A DNA stretch of 64,000 nt from an uncultured Solirubrobacterales bacterium (GCA_963718935.1 OY970379.1:2770108-2834107), one strand, 5' to 3'; shown: positions 18,808 through 30,972, counted from the first letter of the stretch. Numbers and translations are program-made. Notes: a model not told the origin generated them from the sequence alone.

Positions 18808-20099
18808 TCAGCGACTGTTGCGCAGGCGCCAGGCAAGGCGCGACTGCAACGAGAACAGCTCGATGAAGCCCGGTGACGCCGTCTGCGAGAAGAGACCGCC
18901 GGACTCGGCGAAGGAGGCGAGGGCCGCGTCGTAGACCGCGTTCGGCGAGGAGCGTTTGACGGGGCGCACATTGCCCTTGTAGAGCTTCAAGGAGATCGTG
19001 CCGGTGACCTGCTGGTTGACGGCGTCCATGTAGGCGTCGAGGTCCGAACGCAGCGGCTCCCACCAGAGTCCGGCATAGACGAGGTAGGCCCACTGGCGGT
19101 CCAGCTCGGGCTTGAACTGGTTCTGGTGGATCGTGCAGACCAAGCGCTCCAGCTCTTGGTGGGCGGTCAGCAGGATCGCGGCGGCGGGCGCCTCGTAGAT
19201 GTCGCGGACCTTCAGGCCGACGATGCGGTCCTCGATGTGGTCGACGATCCCGACGCCGTGCTTGGCGCCGATCCCGGCGGCCCGTTCGATCAGCTCGACC
19301 AGCTCCAGGCGCTCGCCGTTCAAGGCGACCGGCACGCCGGCCTCGAAGGCGACCTCGACCGTCTCGGGCTCGTCGGGGGCGCGCTCGGGCGGCGTGACGA
19401 GCTGGAAGACGTCCTCCTCGGGGGCGTGGCCAAGGTCCTCGATCCAGCGACCCTCCGAGGAGCGCCCCCACAGGTTGTCGTCGATCGAGTATGGCGGTCC
19501 GGACTCGGCTCCTTGTGAGGCCTTGATCGGGATGTTGTGCTCGCGGGCGTAAGCGATCTCCTCCTCGCGGCCCATCTGCCAGGAGCGCACCGGCGCGATC
19601 ACCTTCAGCTTGGGGGCGAGCGTCGCGATGGTCGCCTCGATGCGGACCTGGTCGTTGCCCTTGCCGGTACAGCCGTGGGCGATCGTGTCGCAGTTGCCGG
19701 CGAGGGCGTGCTGGACCGCCAACTTGGCGATCAGTGGGCGTCCGAGCGCGGTGAAAAGCGGATATCCACCCCCATACAGCGCATTGGCCTTGATCGCGGG
19801 GACCAGGTAGTCGCTCGCGAACTCCTGCCTGGCGTCGATCACGTGGCAGTCCAGGGCGCCGAGGCTTAGGGCCTTCTCGCGGATGACCTCGTAGTCCTCG
19901 CCGGGCTGGCCGAGGTTGACGGTCAGGCACACGACCTCGGCTTCGTAGGAGTCCTGGATCCACTTGAGCATCACGCTGGTGTCAAGACCGCCCGAGTAGA
20001 GCAAGAGCACGCGACCGACCTCGCCAGGGTCGGCCTCGTAGGAAGCGGTTTTTGGGGGAAAGCCCTGCAAGTGGGCGTCGTCGCGGTCTTCGTGCTCGC

Positions 20100-20103
<4 letters not shown>
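18808..20103 (-). CDS. argG: Argininosuccinate synthase
   Basis: LLYSGGLDTS, IAHGCTGKGNDQVR, YSIDDNLWGRSSEG, IEDRIVGLK.R.IYEAP. Confidence 0.97.
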
Positions 20104-21322
<1,219 letters not shown>

Positions 21323-21326
<4 letters not shown>

Positions 21327-22183
21327 GATGGCCCGGCCTCCCCCGCCTCGATCTTGGTGCCGATTCCTTCGTCGGTGAACAGCTCCAACAGCAGCGAATG
21401 GGCGACCCGCCCGTCGAGGATGTGCGCCGCCGAGACGCCCGCGCCGATAGCGTCGAGGCACGCTTGCAGCTTGGGGCGCATGCCGCCCTCCATGTTCTCG
21501 AGAGCGGCGCCGACATCCGCCGTCGACGCCTGCCCGATCAGGGAACCTGGATCGCCAGGGTCGCGCAGCCAGCCGGGGACATCGGTCAGGAAAATGACCT
21601 TGTAGGCGCCGAGCGCGCCGGCCACGGCGCCGGCGGCCTCGTCGGCGTTCACGTTGTGCGAGCGCCCGTCACGGTCGGCGCCGACCGAGGCGATCACGGG
21701 GATGTAGTCGGAGGAGACATGATTCAGGACGTCCACATCGACGTGGTCGATCGATCCGACGAAGCCGATGTCCTCGCCACCCGGGCCCGAGCGCCGCGCG
21801 ACCTTGAAGAGCGAGCCATCGTCGCCGCAGAGGCCGATCGCGGGCTGGCCGTGACGGTTGATGCGCTGGACGATCTCGGTGTTGACCTTGCCGACCAACA
21901 CCATCTTGGCCACCTCGACGGTCTCCTCGTCGGAGACCCTCAGGCCGCCGACGAACTCGACGGGCAGGCCGAGGCGCTTCATGTAGGCGGTGATGTCCGG
22001 GCCGCCGCCGTGCACCACGATCGGCTTGGCTCCTACGTACTTCAAGAGCACGACGTCACGCGCGAACTGGTCGCGCAGCTCCGGGTCCTCCATCGCGGCG
22101 CCGCCGTACTTGATCACGATCGTGTGGCCATGGAACTCCCTGATGTAAGGGAGCGCCTCCAGCAGCGTTCCTACGTCGCGCAC
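21323..22183 (-). CDS. argB: Acetylglutamate kinase
   Basis: EALPYI..F.G..IVIKYGG.AM, VHGGGP, NVNAD..A, GGMRPKL; GTG 22183 with SD GGAGG. Confidence 0.96.
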
Positions 22184-22214
22184 AGCGCCTCCGATCGTGT
22201 TGAGCCCCACGTGG

Positions 22215-23522
22215 TCATGTCGTGTACTCGGCGTTGACGCGGACATACTCGTAGCCGAGGTCCGAGAAGAAGACCTCGGTCTCGGCGCCCTCGCCAGGCA
22301 GCGTGATCTCGTATTCGATCTCATTGCCCTGGATGGCCTTTGCCAGTGCGTCCTCGTCGTAGGCGATCGCGGTCCCGGCCGAGCAGACCTGGATGCCCTC
22401 GATCGAGATGTCGAGCGGCAGTGGCACCGGAAACCAGTCGCGCCCGGCCAGCCCCGCGCCGGCGGCCTGGACGAGGCGCCCCCAGTTGGGATCGGCGCTG
22501 TGGAGGGCCGTTTTGACCAGCGGCGAGTTGGCGACCGAGCGGGCGACCGCCTCGACGCCCTCGGCATGCCCGCCGTTGACCACGACACGGCCAATGCGGC
22601 GGGCGCCCTCACCGTCGGCGACCATCATGATCCCGAGGGTCCGCAGCAGCGCGTCGAGGGCCTCGCCGAAGCGCAGCTCGTCCTCGGACTCGGGCTCGAC
22701 CAAGACGCCGGAGGCACCCGAGCACATCAGGACAGCGGTGTCGTTGGTCGAGAGCTGACCGTCGACCGAGCAGCGGTCGAACGAGCGCTTGACGCAGACC
22801 CCGAGCAGGAGGTCGGCGGTGTGGGGCTCGAGTTGGGCGTCGGCCTGGATGAAGCAGAGCATCGTGGCGAAGTTCGGCGAGATCATGCCCGCGCCCTTGC
22901 ACTGGGCGCTGAGCTGGACGGTCCCCGATGGGAGATCGACCTCGAGGCTGGCGCGCTTCTCGAAGGCGTCGGTCGTCTGGATCGCCTGCTGAAAGTCGCT
23001 GTCGCCCTCGCGGCGCAGCTTGGCGCTCGCGTCGAGGATCCCTTTGAGCGCCTTATCGACCGGCAGGTACCAGCTGATCCCGCCGGTCGAGCCGAGCAGG
23101 ATCTCCTCGGGCTCCAAGCTCAGCGCGATCGCCGTGGCGCCCTGGGTCTTGGCGGCGTCGTCCAGGCCGCGCTGGCCAGTCTCGGCGTTGGCGCATCCGG
23201 AGTTCACGAGCACGGCCCGCAGCCGATCAAGCCTGCAGCGCTCCCGGCTGAGCAGGACGGGCGCGGCCGGGGTCGCGGTCGCGGTGAAGCGCGCGGCGGA
23301 GACCGGCGAGTCGGAGTCGCAGACGAGGATGCCCAGATCGATGTTGCCGGACGGCTTGATCCCGCAGGCCACGCCCGCCGCCCTGAAGCCGCCAGGCAAC
23401 CCGGCGGTCGCCGGGTCCAGTTCGCGCACGTGCCCTGGCGCCGGCGTCCACCGCGACCTGAAGAACGGCTTGGGCGGACCGCCCGATGTCCGATCGCCCC
23501 AGACGTCGTTGCCGGCGCTCAT
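22215..23522 (-). CDS. argJ: Bifunctional ornithine acetyltransferase / N-acetylglutamate synthase
   Basis: GF.AAG..CGIK, VNSGCANA, KGAGMI.PNFATML (autocleavage Thr), DGQLSTNDT, DGEGA, SPLVKTA..ADPNWGR. Confidence 0.96.
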   Translation of the reverse strand: MSAGNDVWGDRTSGGPPKPFFRSRWTPAPGHVRELDPATAGLPGGFRAAGVACGIKPSGNIDLGILVCDSDSPVSAARFTATATPAAPVLLSRERCRLDRLRAVLVNSGCANAETGQRGLDDAAKTQGATAIALSLEPEEILLGSTGGISWYLPVDKALKGILDASAKLRREGDSDFQQAIQTTDAFEKRASLEVDLPSGTVQLSAQCKGAGMISPNFATMLCFIQADAQLEPHTADLLLGVCVKRSFDRCSVDGQLSTNDTAVLMCSGASGVLVEPESEDELRFGEALDALLRTLGIMMVADGEGARRIGRVVVNGGHAEGVEAVARSVANSPLVKTALHSADPNWGRLVQAAGAGLAGRDWFPVPLPLDISIEGIQVCSAGTAIAYDEDALAKAIQGNEIEYEITLPGEGAETEVFFSDLGYEYVRVNAEYTT

Positions 23523-23559
23523 GACGACCGCCGCCAGACAACCACAAGGAATCGTAGGC

Positions 23560-24633
23560 TCACAGCAATCCTTCCGTCTCGTCGAAGCCGAACATCAGGT
23601 TCAGGTTCTGGACGGCCTGCGAGGACGTGCCCTTCCAGAGGTTGTCGATCGCGGACAGCACGACGATCTTGCCGGTGTGGGGGTCGGCGGCGGCGAAGAT
23701 GCGGCAGTAGTTGGTCTGGCAGACGTCCCTCGTGCCGAGCCCGCCCTGCTCGATGACCTCGACGAATGGCTCGTGCGCGTACGCGTCGGCGTACAGCTCG
23801 GCAAGCTCGGAAGGCGCGACGGTCCGTGTGGTCGTCACATAGCAGCTGGCCAGCTCGCCCTGGTCGAGTGGGACCAGATGAGCTTGGAACTGGACGGGCA
23901 GCTCCGCGCCGAGCAGGGCCAGTTGCTCCTCGATCTCGGGGGTGTGCCGGTGGCAGGCGACCTTGTACGGGAGGATGTTCTCACCCGCGAACGACAGGTG
24001 CGTGGTCTCGTCGAACGTGCGCCCGGCCCCGGAGATGCCCTGCTTGGCGTCGATCACGACGTCCGCGATCAGGCCGGCTCGCGCCAGAGGGGCCAGACCG
24101 AGGACCGACGCCGTCGGATAGCAGCCGGGGTTGGCGACGATCGAGGCCCCGGCGATCTCGGCCCGGTGCAGCTCGGTCAGGCCGTAGGCAGCGTCGGCGA
24201 GCAGGTCGGGGCGCGGGTGCGGCCCGTACCACTGTTCGTAGATCGCCTGCTCGGAGAGCCTGAAGTCGGCGCTGAGGTCGATGACGCGAACGCCGCGTTC
24301 GCACAGCGCGGCGACCGTCGGCGCGGCGGCGGCGTGCGGGTAGGCCACGACGGCGGCGTCGAGGCTCCCGGACACGCCGGAGCCAGGGCTCGCCGCGGCG
24401 AGGATGCTGTCGAGGTCGAGCTCTTCGATCTGAAGCGGCACGCGATAACGGGGATACAGGTCATCCAGGCGCCGACCGACCTCCGAGCGGCCGGTTATCG
24501 CGGCCAGCTCGAAGCGGGGATGGCGCCAGAGCAGGTGCGCGGCCAGCGCCCCGGCGAAGCCGGTCGCGCCCGCAACGAGCACCCGCGGCGAGCCGGGAAC
24601 GAAGTTTTGGGGGGCGCCAATCTGCTCAGCCAC
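23560..24633 (-). CDS. argC: N-acetyl-gamma-glutamyl-phosphate reductase
   Basis: GATGFAG, IDLSADFRL, YGLTEL, ANPGCYPT, SGAGR, HRH.PEI, AIDNLWKG.S.QAVQN.N; start approximate. Confidence 0.95.
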   Translation of the reverse strand: MAEQIGAPQNFVPGSPRVLVAGATGFAGALAAHLLWRHPRFELAAITGRSEVGRRLDDLYPRYRVPLQIEELDLDSILAAASPGSGVSGSLDAAVVAYPHAAAAPTVAALCERGVRVIDLSADFRLSEQAIYEQWYGPHPRPDLLADAAYGLTELHRAEIAGASIVANPGCYPTASVLGLAPLARAGLIADVVIDAKQGISGAGRTFDETTHLSFAGENILPYKVACHRHTPEIEEQLALLGAELPVQFQAHLVPLDQGELASCYVTTTRTVAPSELAELYADAYAHEPFVEVIEQGGLGTRDVCQTNYCRIFAAADPHTGKIVVLSAIDNLWKGTSSQAVQNLNLMFGFDETEGLL

Positions 24634-27241
24634 CGCGCAGCTCACCCCCAAGGCCGGCGAGCGCGGCCAGCACCTGGTCGCGAGCCGGAGCCACGTCCTC
24701 GTCGGTGAGCGTCCTGTCGAGCGCCCGGAAGGACAGGCTCAGCGCGAGCGAGCGCCGGCCGGCGCCGATCTGCTCGCCGGTGTAGACGTCGAAGACCTCG
24801 ACGTCTTCGAGGGTCTCCCCGGCAGCGCGACGGACGGCATCCACGATCTCGCCGGCCGGCATCTCGGCGGGCAGGACGACGGCCAGGTCGAAACGCAAGG
24901 CCGGGAAGGCCCCATAAGGCCTGAAGGAGACGACCTCGGGCGCGACCTCGGCGAGCTTGGCGAGGTCGATCGCGAACGTCGCCGTACGTTCCAGATCCCA
25001 GGTAGCGGCAACCGTCGGGTGGACCTCACCGAGAAAGCCGAGCTCGACGGGCTCGGCGCCAGGCCCTTGGTCCTCGCTCTGGGCGCCCCGCCGGCCGGCG
25101 CCCGGCGCCCAAGCGAGTACGGCGGCGCAGCGGCCTGGATGCAGGAACGGCCAGCGCGACTCGGGGGCCGCGTGTAGCGTCCAGTCGACGGACAGGCGCT
25201 CGAGCAGGCCGCCGAGAAGAGCCTTGGCGGCGAAGAAGTCAGCCGATGCGCGCTCTCCGCGCCAGGAGCGCGGTCCGAGGCCGCCGGTCAAGAGGGCGCC
25301 TAGAGCATGGTGCTCGTCCGCAGGCGACTCGCCCCCGGCGCCCAGGGCGCCGCCTTCATCGCCTTCACCGCCAATACCGCCGCCGTCGGGGACTTCGACC
25401 GCGCGGTAGACCGTCCCGGACTCGAAGATCGCGATGTCGGGCCGGTTGCGCGCCACATTGTGGCGGGCTGCGTCCAGCAGCGAGCCGAGCAGGGTCGGCC
25501 TCATGATCGACTGATCCTCGGAGAGCGGGTTCTCGATCGTGACGACCTTGCGCAGCGGATGCTCGGCGGGCACGAGCAAACGGTCGAGCAGCGCGGACTC
25601 GGCGAAGCTCCAGCCGACGATCTCATACAGACCACGGCCCACCAGCGCGTCCTCGGCGGCGCGGCGCACGCGCTGCACGTGGCTAAGCCGGCCCGCGGCC
25701 CCCCTACGCGCGGGCAGAGTCGCGGGGAGCCGCTCCAGGCCGTCGATCCGGGCGACCTCCTCGATCAGGTCGATCTCCCTGGTTATGTCATCCCTGCGCA
25801 GGGCCGGCACGGTGACCTCCAGGCCGCCCTCGACGGGGTTCGTGGCGAAGTCGAGCGCGGCCATGATCTCGGCTTGACGCGCAAGCGGTACGCCCACGCC
25901 GAGGATCGCCCCCACCCGAGCCTCACGCAGCATGATCGTCGCGGGGGCCGGTCCGGGGCCACCGAGGTCGATCGTGCCCGGCGTCAGGCGCGCGCCGCAC
26001 AGCTCGATCATCAAGCGGCTTGCCACAGCCTGGGCGTGCAGGCACTGCTCGGGCTGAAGACCCTTCTCGAAGCGTGCCGACGCCTCGCTGCGCAGTCCGA
26101 GGCCCCACGAGCTGCGATGGATGTTCGGGCCGTTCCAGGTCGCGACCTCCATCAGGACCCGGGTCGTGTCGGGTCCGACCTCCGAGCGCGCGCCGCCCAT
26201 CAGGCCGGCGATCGAAGTTGGGCCCTCGGCGTCCTCGATCACGACCATCTCCTCGTCCAGAATCCTGGTCTGGCCGTCGAGCGTCTCGACCTGCTCGCCG
26301 GGGTCGGCCCTGCGGACGGCCAGCCTGGCCCCCGCGACCCGGTCGAGGTCGAAGGCGTGCAGCGGCTGGCCGGTCAACAGCATCACGTAGTTGGTGATGT
26401 CGACCACGTTGTTGATCGGCCGCTGGCCGGCCGCCGTCAGCCTCGCTTTCAGCCACAACGGCGAGGGCGCGATCGTGACGTCCTCGAACACCCTGGCCGT
26501 GAACCGCGGACAGAGGTCAGGGCAGTCGACCTCGATCTCGACGCCCGCGACCGGCCCTTCCGAGCCGGGATCATCGGACCACGGCTCGGGTGCCAGCGCA
26601 GCCCCGGTGGCCGCGCGCAGCTCGCGCGCGACCCCGTAGACGCCGAGGCAGTCGGGCCGATTAGGCGTTATCTCGAACTCGATCGTCACGCCCGCGATCG
26701 GCAGCACCTCGCCGAGGGCGGCTCCAGGGGTCAGGGTGGCCGGCGGGTCCAGCACAGGGCGGGCGACATCGGCCTCGGAGGCCAGACCAGCGCTGGCTGT
26801 GGAGCCGGCCCCCAGGTCGGCACCGTCGAGGACCATGATCCCGTCGCTGGAGTCCTCGATCTGAAGCTCGGCCGCGCTGAGGATCATCCCTTCGGAGCGG
26901 ACGCCTCTCAGCTTGGCGGCCTTCAGCTTGGACCCTCCGGGCATGACCGCGCCGGGCCGCGCCACCGCGACCGCCTGGCCGGCGGCGACGTTGGGCGCTC
27001 CGCAGACGATCGTCGCCGGCTCGGCTTGTCCGACGTCGACGGTGCAGACCTTCAGACGGTCGGCGTCCGGATGCTGCTCGGCGGCCAGCACCAAGCCGAC
27101 CACGAAGTTCTCAACCGACGGAACACCCTGGCGATGGATCGCCTCGACCTTGGTGCCGGTCATCGTCAGACGCTCCTCGATCGCCTCGACGCCCAGGCCG
27201 GGATCGCAGTATTCGAGCAGCCAGTCGAGGGGAACCTTCAT
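24626..27241 (-). CDS. pheT: Phenylalanyl-tRNA synthetase beta subunit
   Basis: HPDAD.L, VCGAPN, EITPNRPDCL, INNVVDITNYVML..GQPLHAFD, S.RFEKG, NPLSED.S.MR, FP....DLAVV, FR..DRTLTD. Confidence 0.97.
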   Translation of the reverse strand: MKVPLDWLLEYCDPGLGVEAIEERLTMTGTKVEAIHRQGVPSVENFVVGLVLAAEQHPDADRLKVCTVDVGQAEPATIVCGAPNVAAGQAVAVARPGAVMPGGSKLKAAKLRGVRSEGMILSAAELQIEDSSDGIMVLDGADLGAGSTASAGLASEADVARPVLDPPATLTPGAALGEVLPIAGVTIEFEITPNRPDCLGVYGVARELRAATGAALAPEPWSDDPGSEGPVAGVEIEVDCPDLCPRFTARVFEDVTIAPSPLWLKARLTAAGQRPINNVVDITNYVMLLTGQPLHAFDLDRVAGARLAVRRADPGEQVETLDGQTRILDEEMVVIEDAEGPTSIAGLMGGARSEVGPDTTRVLMEVATWNGPNIHRSSWGLGLRSEASARFEKGLQPEQCLHAQAVASRLMIELCGARLTPGTIDLGGPGPAPATIMLREARVGAILGVGVPLARQAEIMAALDFATNPVEGGLEVTVPALRRDDITREIDLIEEVARIDGLERLPATLPARRGAAGRLSHVQRVRRAAEDALVGRGLYEIVGWSFAESALLDRLLVPAEHPLRKVVTIENPLSEDQSIMRPTLLGSLLDAARHNVARNRPDIAIFESGTVYRAVEVPDGGGIGGEGDEGGALGAGGESPADEHHALGALLTGGLGPRSWRGERASADFFAAKALLGGLLERLSVDWTLHAAPESRWPFLHPGRCAAVLAWAPGAGRRGAQSEDQGPGAEPVELGFLGEVHPTVAATWDLERTATFAIDLAKLAEVAPEVVSFRPYGAFPALRFDLAVVLPAEMPAGEIVDAVRRAAGETLEDVEVFDVYTGEQIGAGRRSLALSLSFRALDRTLTDEDVAPARDQVLAALAGLGGELRGG

Positions 27242-27317
27242 GCTCGAGCCTCCATCCAGTCGGCTCCGCTGATGGGGTCGGCCGCCTTCCGGGCGGCCTT
27301 AACCGAACCTTCGGTCC

Positions 27318-28460
27318 TCATCCGAACTGCTCCAAAAAGCGCAGGTCATTTTCGTAGTAGAGCCTCAGGTCCGGGATGCCGTGCTTGAGCATCGCGATCC
27401 GCTCGACGCCCATCCCCCAGGCAAAACCCTGGACCCGCTCGGGGTCATAGCCTGGAGCGTTGGCCTCGGTGGTGGCTATGTATGAGTAGACGTTCGGGTC
27501 GACCTCACCCGCGCCGAGGATCTCTAGCCAGCCCTCGCCCTTGCACAGGTAGCAGCGCGAACCGTCGCGCAAGAAGCCGGCGCCAGAGCAGTGAAAGCAG
27601 GAGACGTCGACCTCGACCGAGGGCTCCGTGAAGGGAAAGAAATGGGGCCTCAGCCTGACCTCGCGCTCTGAGCCGAACAGCTCCTGGGCGAATACGAGCA
27701 GCGTGCCCTTCAGATCGGCCATCGTGATGTCCTCGTCGACGGCCAGGCCCTCGATCTGGTGGAACTGGGGCGTGTGCGTGGCGTCGGAGTCGGGCCTGTA
27801 GACGCGGCCGGGGATGACCACATATAGCGGCGGCGGTTTGGCCTCCATCGCCCTGATCTGCATCGGCGAGGTATGGGTCCGCAGGACGAGATCGTCGGGC
27901 TCGCCGAGCCGCGCGCTCGTCTTCGTCGGGTCCGCGCCGACGCCCTCGCCCGTTCCCTCGCCGCCTGGGCGGGCGACATAGAAGGTGTCGGTGCGTGCCC
28001 GGGCAGGGTGCGTGGGCGCATGGTTGAGGGCATCGAAGTTGTAGTGGACAGTCTCGACCTCGGGGCCTTCCATGACCGTGAAGCCGAGCCCCAAGAAGAC
28101 GTCTTCCAGTTCACGGCGGGTCGCGCTCAGAACGTGCAGTCGACCAATCGGCTCAGGCGGCGCGCCGGGCAGGGTCACGTCGACGGCGTCCTCGCGCAGA
28201 CTGCGCTGCAACTCGGCGGCGTCCAGCTCGTTCGCGCGCCGCTCGATCAGAGCCTCCAGCTCCTGGCGCGCCCGGTTGGCGGCCTGGCCGACCGAGCCCC
28301 GTTCCGCGGACGGCAGCTGGGCGACGCCCCGCAGCAACTGGGGCAGCTCGGCGCGGCGACCGAGATGATGGACACGCAGCCGCTCCAGCTCCTCGCTCGA
28401 GCTTGCCGCGGCGATCTCCGCCTCGGCCTGTGCGCGCAGTGCCTCGATCCGGTCGATCAT
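27318..28460 (-). CDS. pheS: Phenylalanyl-tRNA synthetase alpha subunit
   Basis: YNFDALN....HPAR...DTFY, LRTHTSP.Q, PGRVYR.D.DATHTPQFHQIEGL, RPHFFPFTEPS, G.AWGMG.ERIAML. Confidence 0.98.
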   Translation of the reverse strand: MIDRIEALRAQAEAEIAAASSSEELERLRVHHLGRRAELPQLLRGVAQLPSAERGSVGQAANRARQELEALIERRANELDAAELQRSLREDAVDVTLPGAPPEPIGRLHVLSATRRELEDVFLGLGFTVMEGPEVETVHYNFDALNHAPTHPARARTDTFYVARPGGEGTGEGVGADPTKTSARLGEPDDLVLRTHTSPMQIRAMEAKPPPLYVVIPGRVYRPDSDATHTPQFHQIEGLAVDEDITMADLKGTLLVFAQELFGSEREVRLRPHFFPFTEPSVEVDVSCFHCSGAGFLRDGSRCYLCKGEGWLEILGAGEVDPNVYSYIATTEANAPGYDPERVQGFAWGMGVERIAMLKHGIPDLRLYYENDLRFLEQFG

Positions 28461-29236
28461 GTGGGCCGGACCCTAGTCGATGTACGCTGGACGCCAGTCG
28501 ATGCGGGCCAGGCGCCGGACGAAGAGCGGGTCGTCTCGTAAAGCGCCACGGTCGCGGCCATCGCGGCGTTCAGAGACTCCCCGAGGATCGGGATCTGCGC
28601 AACGTGCTCGCACGCTTGGACGACCTCCTCTGGCAACCCTTCGCGCTCGGCGCCAACCAGGAGCGTGAGCGGTTCCCCGGCGATCCGTGCCGACACCTCG
28701 GCCAAGGGCTCGCCGGCGCCGGCCACCAGCGCGACCCGGACACCCGGCAATTCGGCTGTGTCGCGCGCGCGCGCGAGTGCGACCGCGAAGATCGTCCCCA
28801 TGCTCGCTCTTACCGCCTTCGGCGCGTGCGGATCGGCGCAGTCCGGCCCGAGCGCCACGCACGAGGCGCCGAAGGCGTGGGCCCCGCGCAGGACGGCGCC
28901 GACATTGCCGGGATCGCGCAGGCCGTGCAGGTATACGCACAAGGGGCCGATGGGCTCAGCCAACCAGCGCTGCTCGTAGACACCGATCGCACGCGTGCCC
29001 GAGCCGAGCGTCGAAGCGGCGGCGAGCGCGGGCTCGTCGACGTCGACGAAGTGCCCATCGCCGATGCTGGTGCCGGCCAGGCGATAGCCCTCGATCGCCG
29101 GGCGCCCGGCGTGCTCGGCGGCCGCGATCAGGTCCTCGCCCTCCGCGCTGAAGACGCCGGCCTGAGCGCGCCCGCGCTTGGTGTGCAGGCGGCGCAGCGC
29201 CTTCAGGCGCGGGTTTTGCTCGGAGGTGATGGTCAC
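28457..29236 (-). CDS. TrmH/SpoU-family RNA 2'-O-methyltransferase
   Basis: ITS.QNP..K, EGE.LI, DPGNVGA..R.A.AFG, KAVRASMG, GAEREGL, ESLNAAMAA. Confidence 0.93.
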   Translation of the reverse strand: MTITSEQNPRLKALRRLHTKRGRAQAGVFSAEGEDLIAAAEHAGRPAIEGYRLAGTSIGDGHFVDVDEPALAAASTLGSGTRAIGVYEQRWLAEPIGPLCVYLHGLRDPGNVGAVLRGAHAFGASCVALGPDCADPHAPKAVRASMGTIFAVALARARDTAELPGVRVALVAGAGEPLAEVSARIAGEPLTLLVGAEREGLPEEVVQACEHVAQIPILGESLNAAMAATVALYETTRSSSGAWPASTGVQRTSTRVRPT

Positions 29237-29329
29237 GGCTCGTGCTCTCTTCGTCCTGCCTCTTGCTCAGTCTGTCTTCGTCTGTCGGATCTGTCTTCGT
29301 CTGTGTCGAGAAAGGTCGGCGAAACCCAC

Positions 29330-29365
29330 AAAAAAAGGGCGCCGTCCCTTTCAGGTGCAGCGCCC
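29330..29365 (-). terminator. Intrinsic terminator after rplT
   Basis: Minus strand GGGCGC...CCT-GAA-AGG...GCGCCC followed by T7. Confidence 0.75.
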
Positions 29366-29391
29366 GGAGCGAGTCGGTTTCGGCGGCGTAT

Positions 29392-29757
29392 TCAGGCGGC
29401 CGACGCCGACGCCTCGCGGGCGGTCTCGGCGATACGTCGGAACGTGTCTGCGTCGCGAACGGCCATGTCCGCCAGGACCTTGCGGTCGAGCTCGATGCCA
29501 GCCAGGGTCAGGCCGTGCATCAGCTGGGAGTAGCTCATCCCGTTCTGCCGCGCCGCCGCGTTGATGCGGGTGATCCAAAGCCTGCGAAAGTCGCGCTTGC
29601 GGTTGCGCCGATCCCTGTACGCGTAGGAGTCGGCCTTCATCAAGGCCTCCTTCGCACGCTTGTAGTTCGAATGCGCCTCGCCGCGGAAGCCCTTCGTCAG
29701 CTCGAGCGTCGCGCGCCGCTTCTTGCGCGCGTGCAGAGAGCGCTTGACCCTCGTCAT
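29392..29757 (-). CDS. rplT: 50S ribosomal protein L20
   Basis: [43 protein letters not shown]. Confidence 0.98.
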   Translation of the reverse strand: MTRVKRSLHARKKRRATLELTKGFRGEAHSNYKRAKEALMKADSYAYRDRRNRKRDFRRLWITRINAAARQNGMSYSQLMHGLTLAGIELDRKVLADMAVRDADTFRRIAETAREASASAA

Positions 29758-29954
29758 TTGGAGACCCCCAGCAGCTTCTTGATACGCGGTTCGTCGTGCT
29801 TTGCGATCGCCACCGGGGTGCCCAGATGACGCTTCTTTTTGGGCGACTTCTTCTCGAGGATGTGGCTCGTGAAGGCGTGCCTGCCCCGCACCTTGCCCGA
29901 GGCGGTGATCTTGAAGCGCTTCTTGGCGCCCGAATGAGTCTTCATCTTCGGCAT
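29754..29954 (-). CDS. rpmI: 50S ribosomal protein L35
   Basis: [23 protein letters not shown]. Confidence 0.98.
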   Translation of the reverse strand: MPKMKTHSGAKKRFKITASGKVRGRHAFTSHILEKKSPKKKRHLGTPVAIAKHDEPRIKKLLGVSK

Positions 29955-30022
29955 GGGAATCTAAGATCGAGAGGCTCCGCACGCCGACCTACGGTCGCCG
30001 TGCGCCACCCGCGAAGCGCTGA

Positions 30023-30910
30023 TTATGACACGGCGCCGTCAGACTCGCCGGCAGGCTCGGCGGTGTCGGCCTTGCCGGCAGGCTCAACGCCGTCGGATCC
30101 GCCAGCCGGCTCGGCGCCGTCGGATCCACCAACGACCTCGACGCGCTCCGACCCTGCGACGGACTCGGCGCCGTCGGACCCGCCAACGACCTCGGCCCCG
30201 CCGGACCTGGCGACCGGCTCGGAGCCCTCGGCCGGCTCGTCGGCCGAGCCGCCGTCGACGGCGGCTGGCGGCGGCTGAGCGGATGCGGCCACGGGGGGCG
30301 TGCCCGGCGGTCCCGCACCGTCAGGGGTCGAGTGGGCCTGCACGTCGACACGACCGGCGAGCACGGCTTTGGAGGGGGCCATCATCATCGTCATGTTGCG
30401 GCCTTCCTGCATCGGGCGCTGCTCGACGACACCGAGCTCGGACAGCTCTTCGGCGAGGCGGTCGAGGATCGCGGTGCCGCGCTCCGGATGGGTGACCTCA
30501 CGGCCCCTGAACATGATCGTGACCTTGACCTTGTCCTTGTGGCGCAGGAAGCGCTCGACGTGGTGCTTCTTGGTGTCGTAGTCGTGCTCCGCGATCTTGG
30601 GCCTGAACTTGATCTCGCGGACCGTGATCTGCTGCTGGTGCTTGCGGGCCTGCTTCTGCTTCTGGGCCTGCTCGTACTTGTACTTCGAGTAGTCGAGGAT
30701 CCGACAGACGGGCGGCCTGGCCTCGGGCGCGACCTCGACCAGGTCGAGCTCTCGTTCCTGCGCGAGCTTGAGGGCGTCGGGGGTCTTCAGAACGCCGACC
30801 TGGTTGCCCTCGTCGTCGATCACGCGCACCTCGGGCACGCGGATGCGCTCGTTGATCCTGGTCTGGTCCCGCTCGGGCGGGCGCCGGTCGAACCTGCGTG
30901 GTACCGGCAC
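30023..30910 (-). CDS. infC: Translation initiation factor IF-3 with long acidic repetitive C-terminal tail
   Basis: RINERIRVPEVRVI, LDLVEVAP..RPPVC.I.DY.KYKY, REIK.RP.I..HDY.TK, KVKVTIMFRGRE. Confidence 0.96.
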   Translation of the reverse strand: MPVPRRFDRRPPERDQTRINERIRVPEVRVIDDEGNQVGVLKTPDALKLAQERELDLVEVAPEARPPVCRILDYSKYKYEQAQKQKQARKHQQQITVREIKFRPKIAEHDYDTKKHHVERFLRHKDKVKVTIMFRGREVTHPERGTAILDRLAEELSELGVVEQRPMQEGRNMTMMMAPSKAVLAGRVDVQAHSTPDGAGPPGTPPVAASAQPPPAAVDGGSADEPAEGSEPVARSGGAEVVGGSDGAESVAGSERVEVVGGSDGAEPAGGSDGVEPAGKADTAEPAGESDGAVS

Positions 30911-30972
30911 TAGCTGTGGTCGACGCGCTTCAAGTCGGGTCTAGGCGCGAGTCCGTGAAGATTTGCGGGCAG

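Noticed and set aside
27255-27317. pheS-pheT intergenic hairpins (GGCCGCC/GGCGGCC; ACCGAA/TTCGGT) as a T-box or riboswitch
   Set aside because: Too short, located between the genes rather than in a leader, and no T-box motif.
30908-30945. AUU-type autoregulatory start for infC
   Set aside because: No in-frame ATT or ATC between the upstream stop (30941-30943) and GTG 30910.
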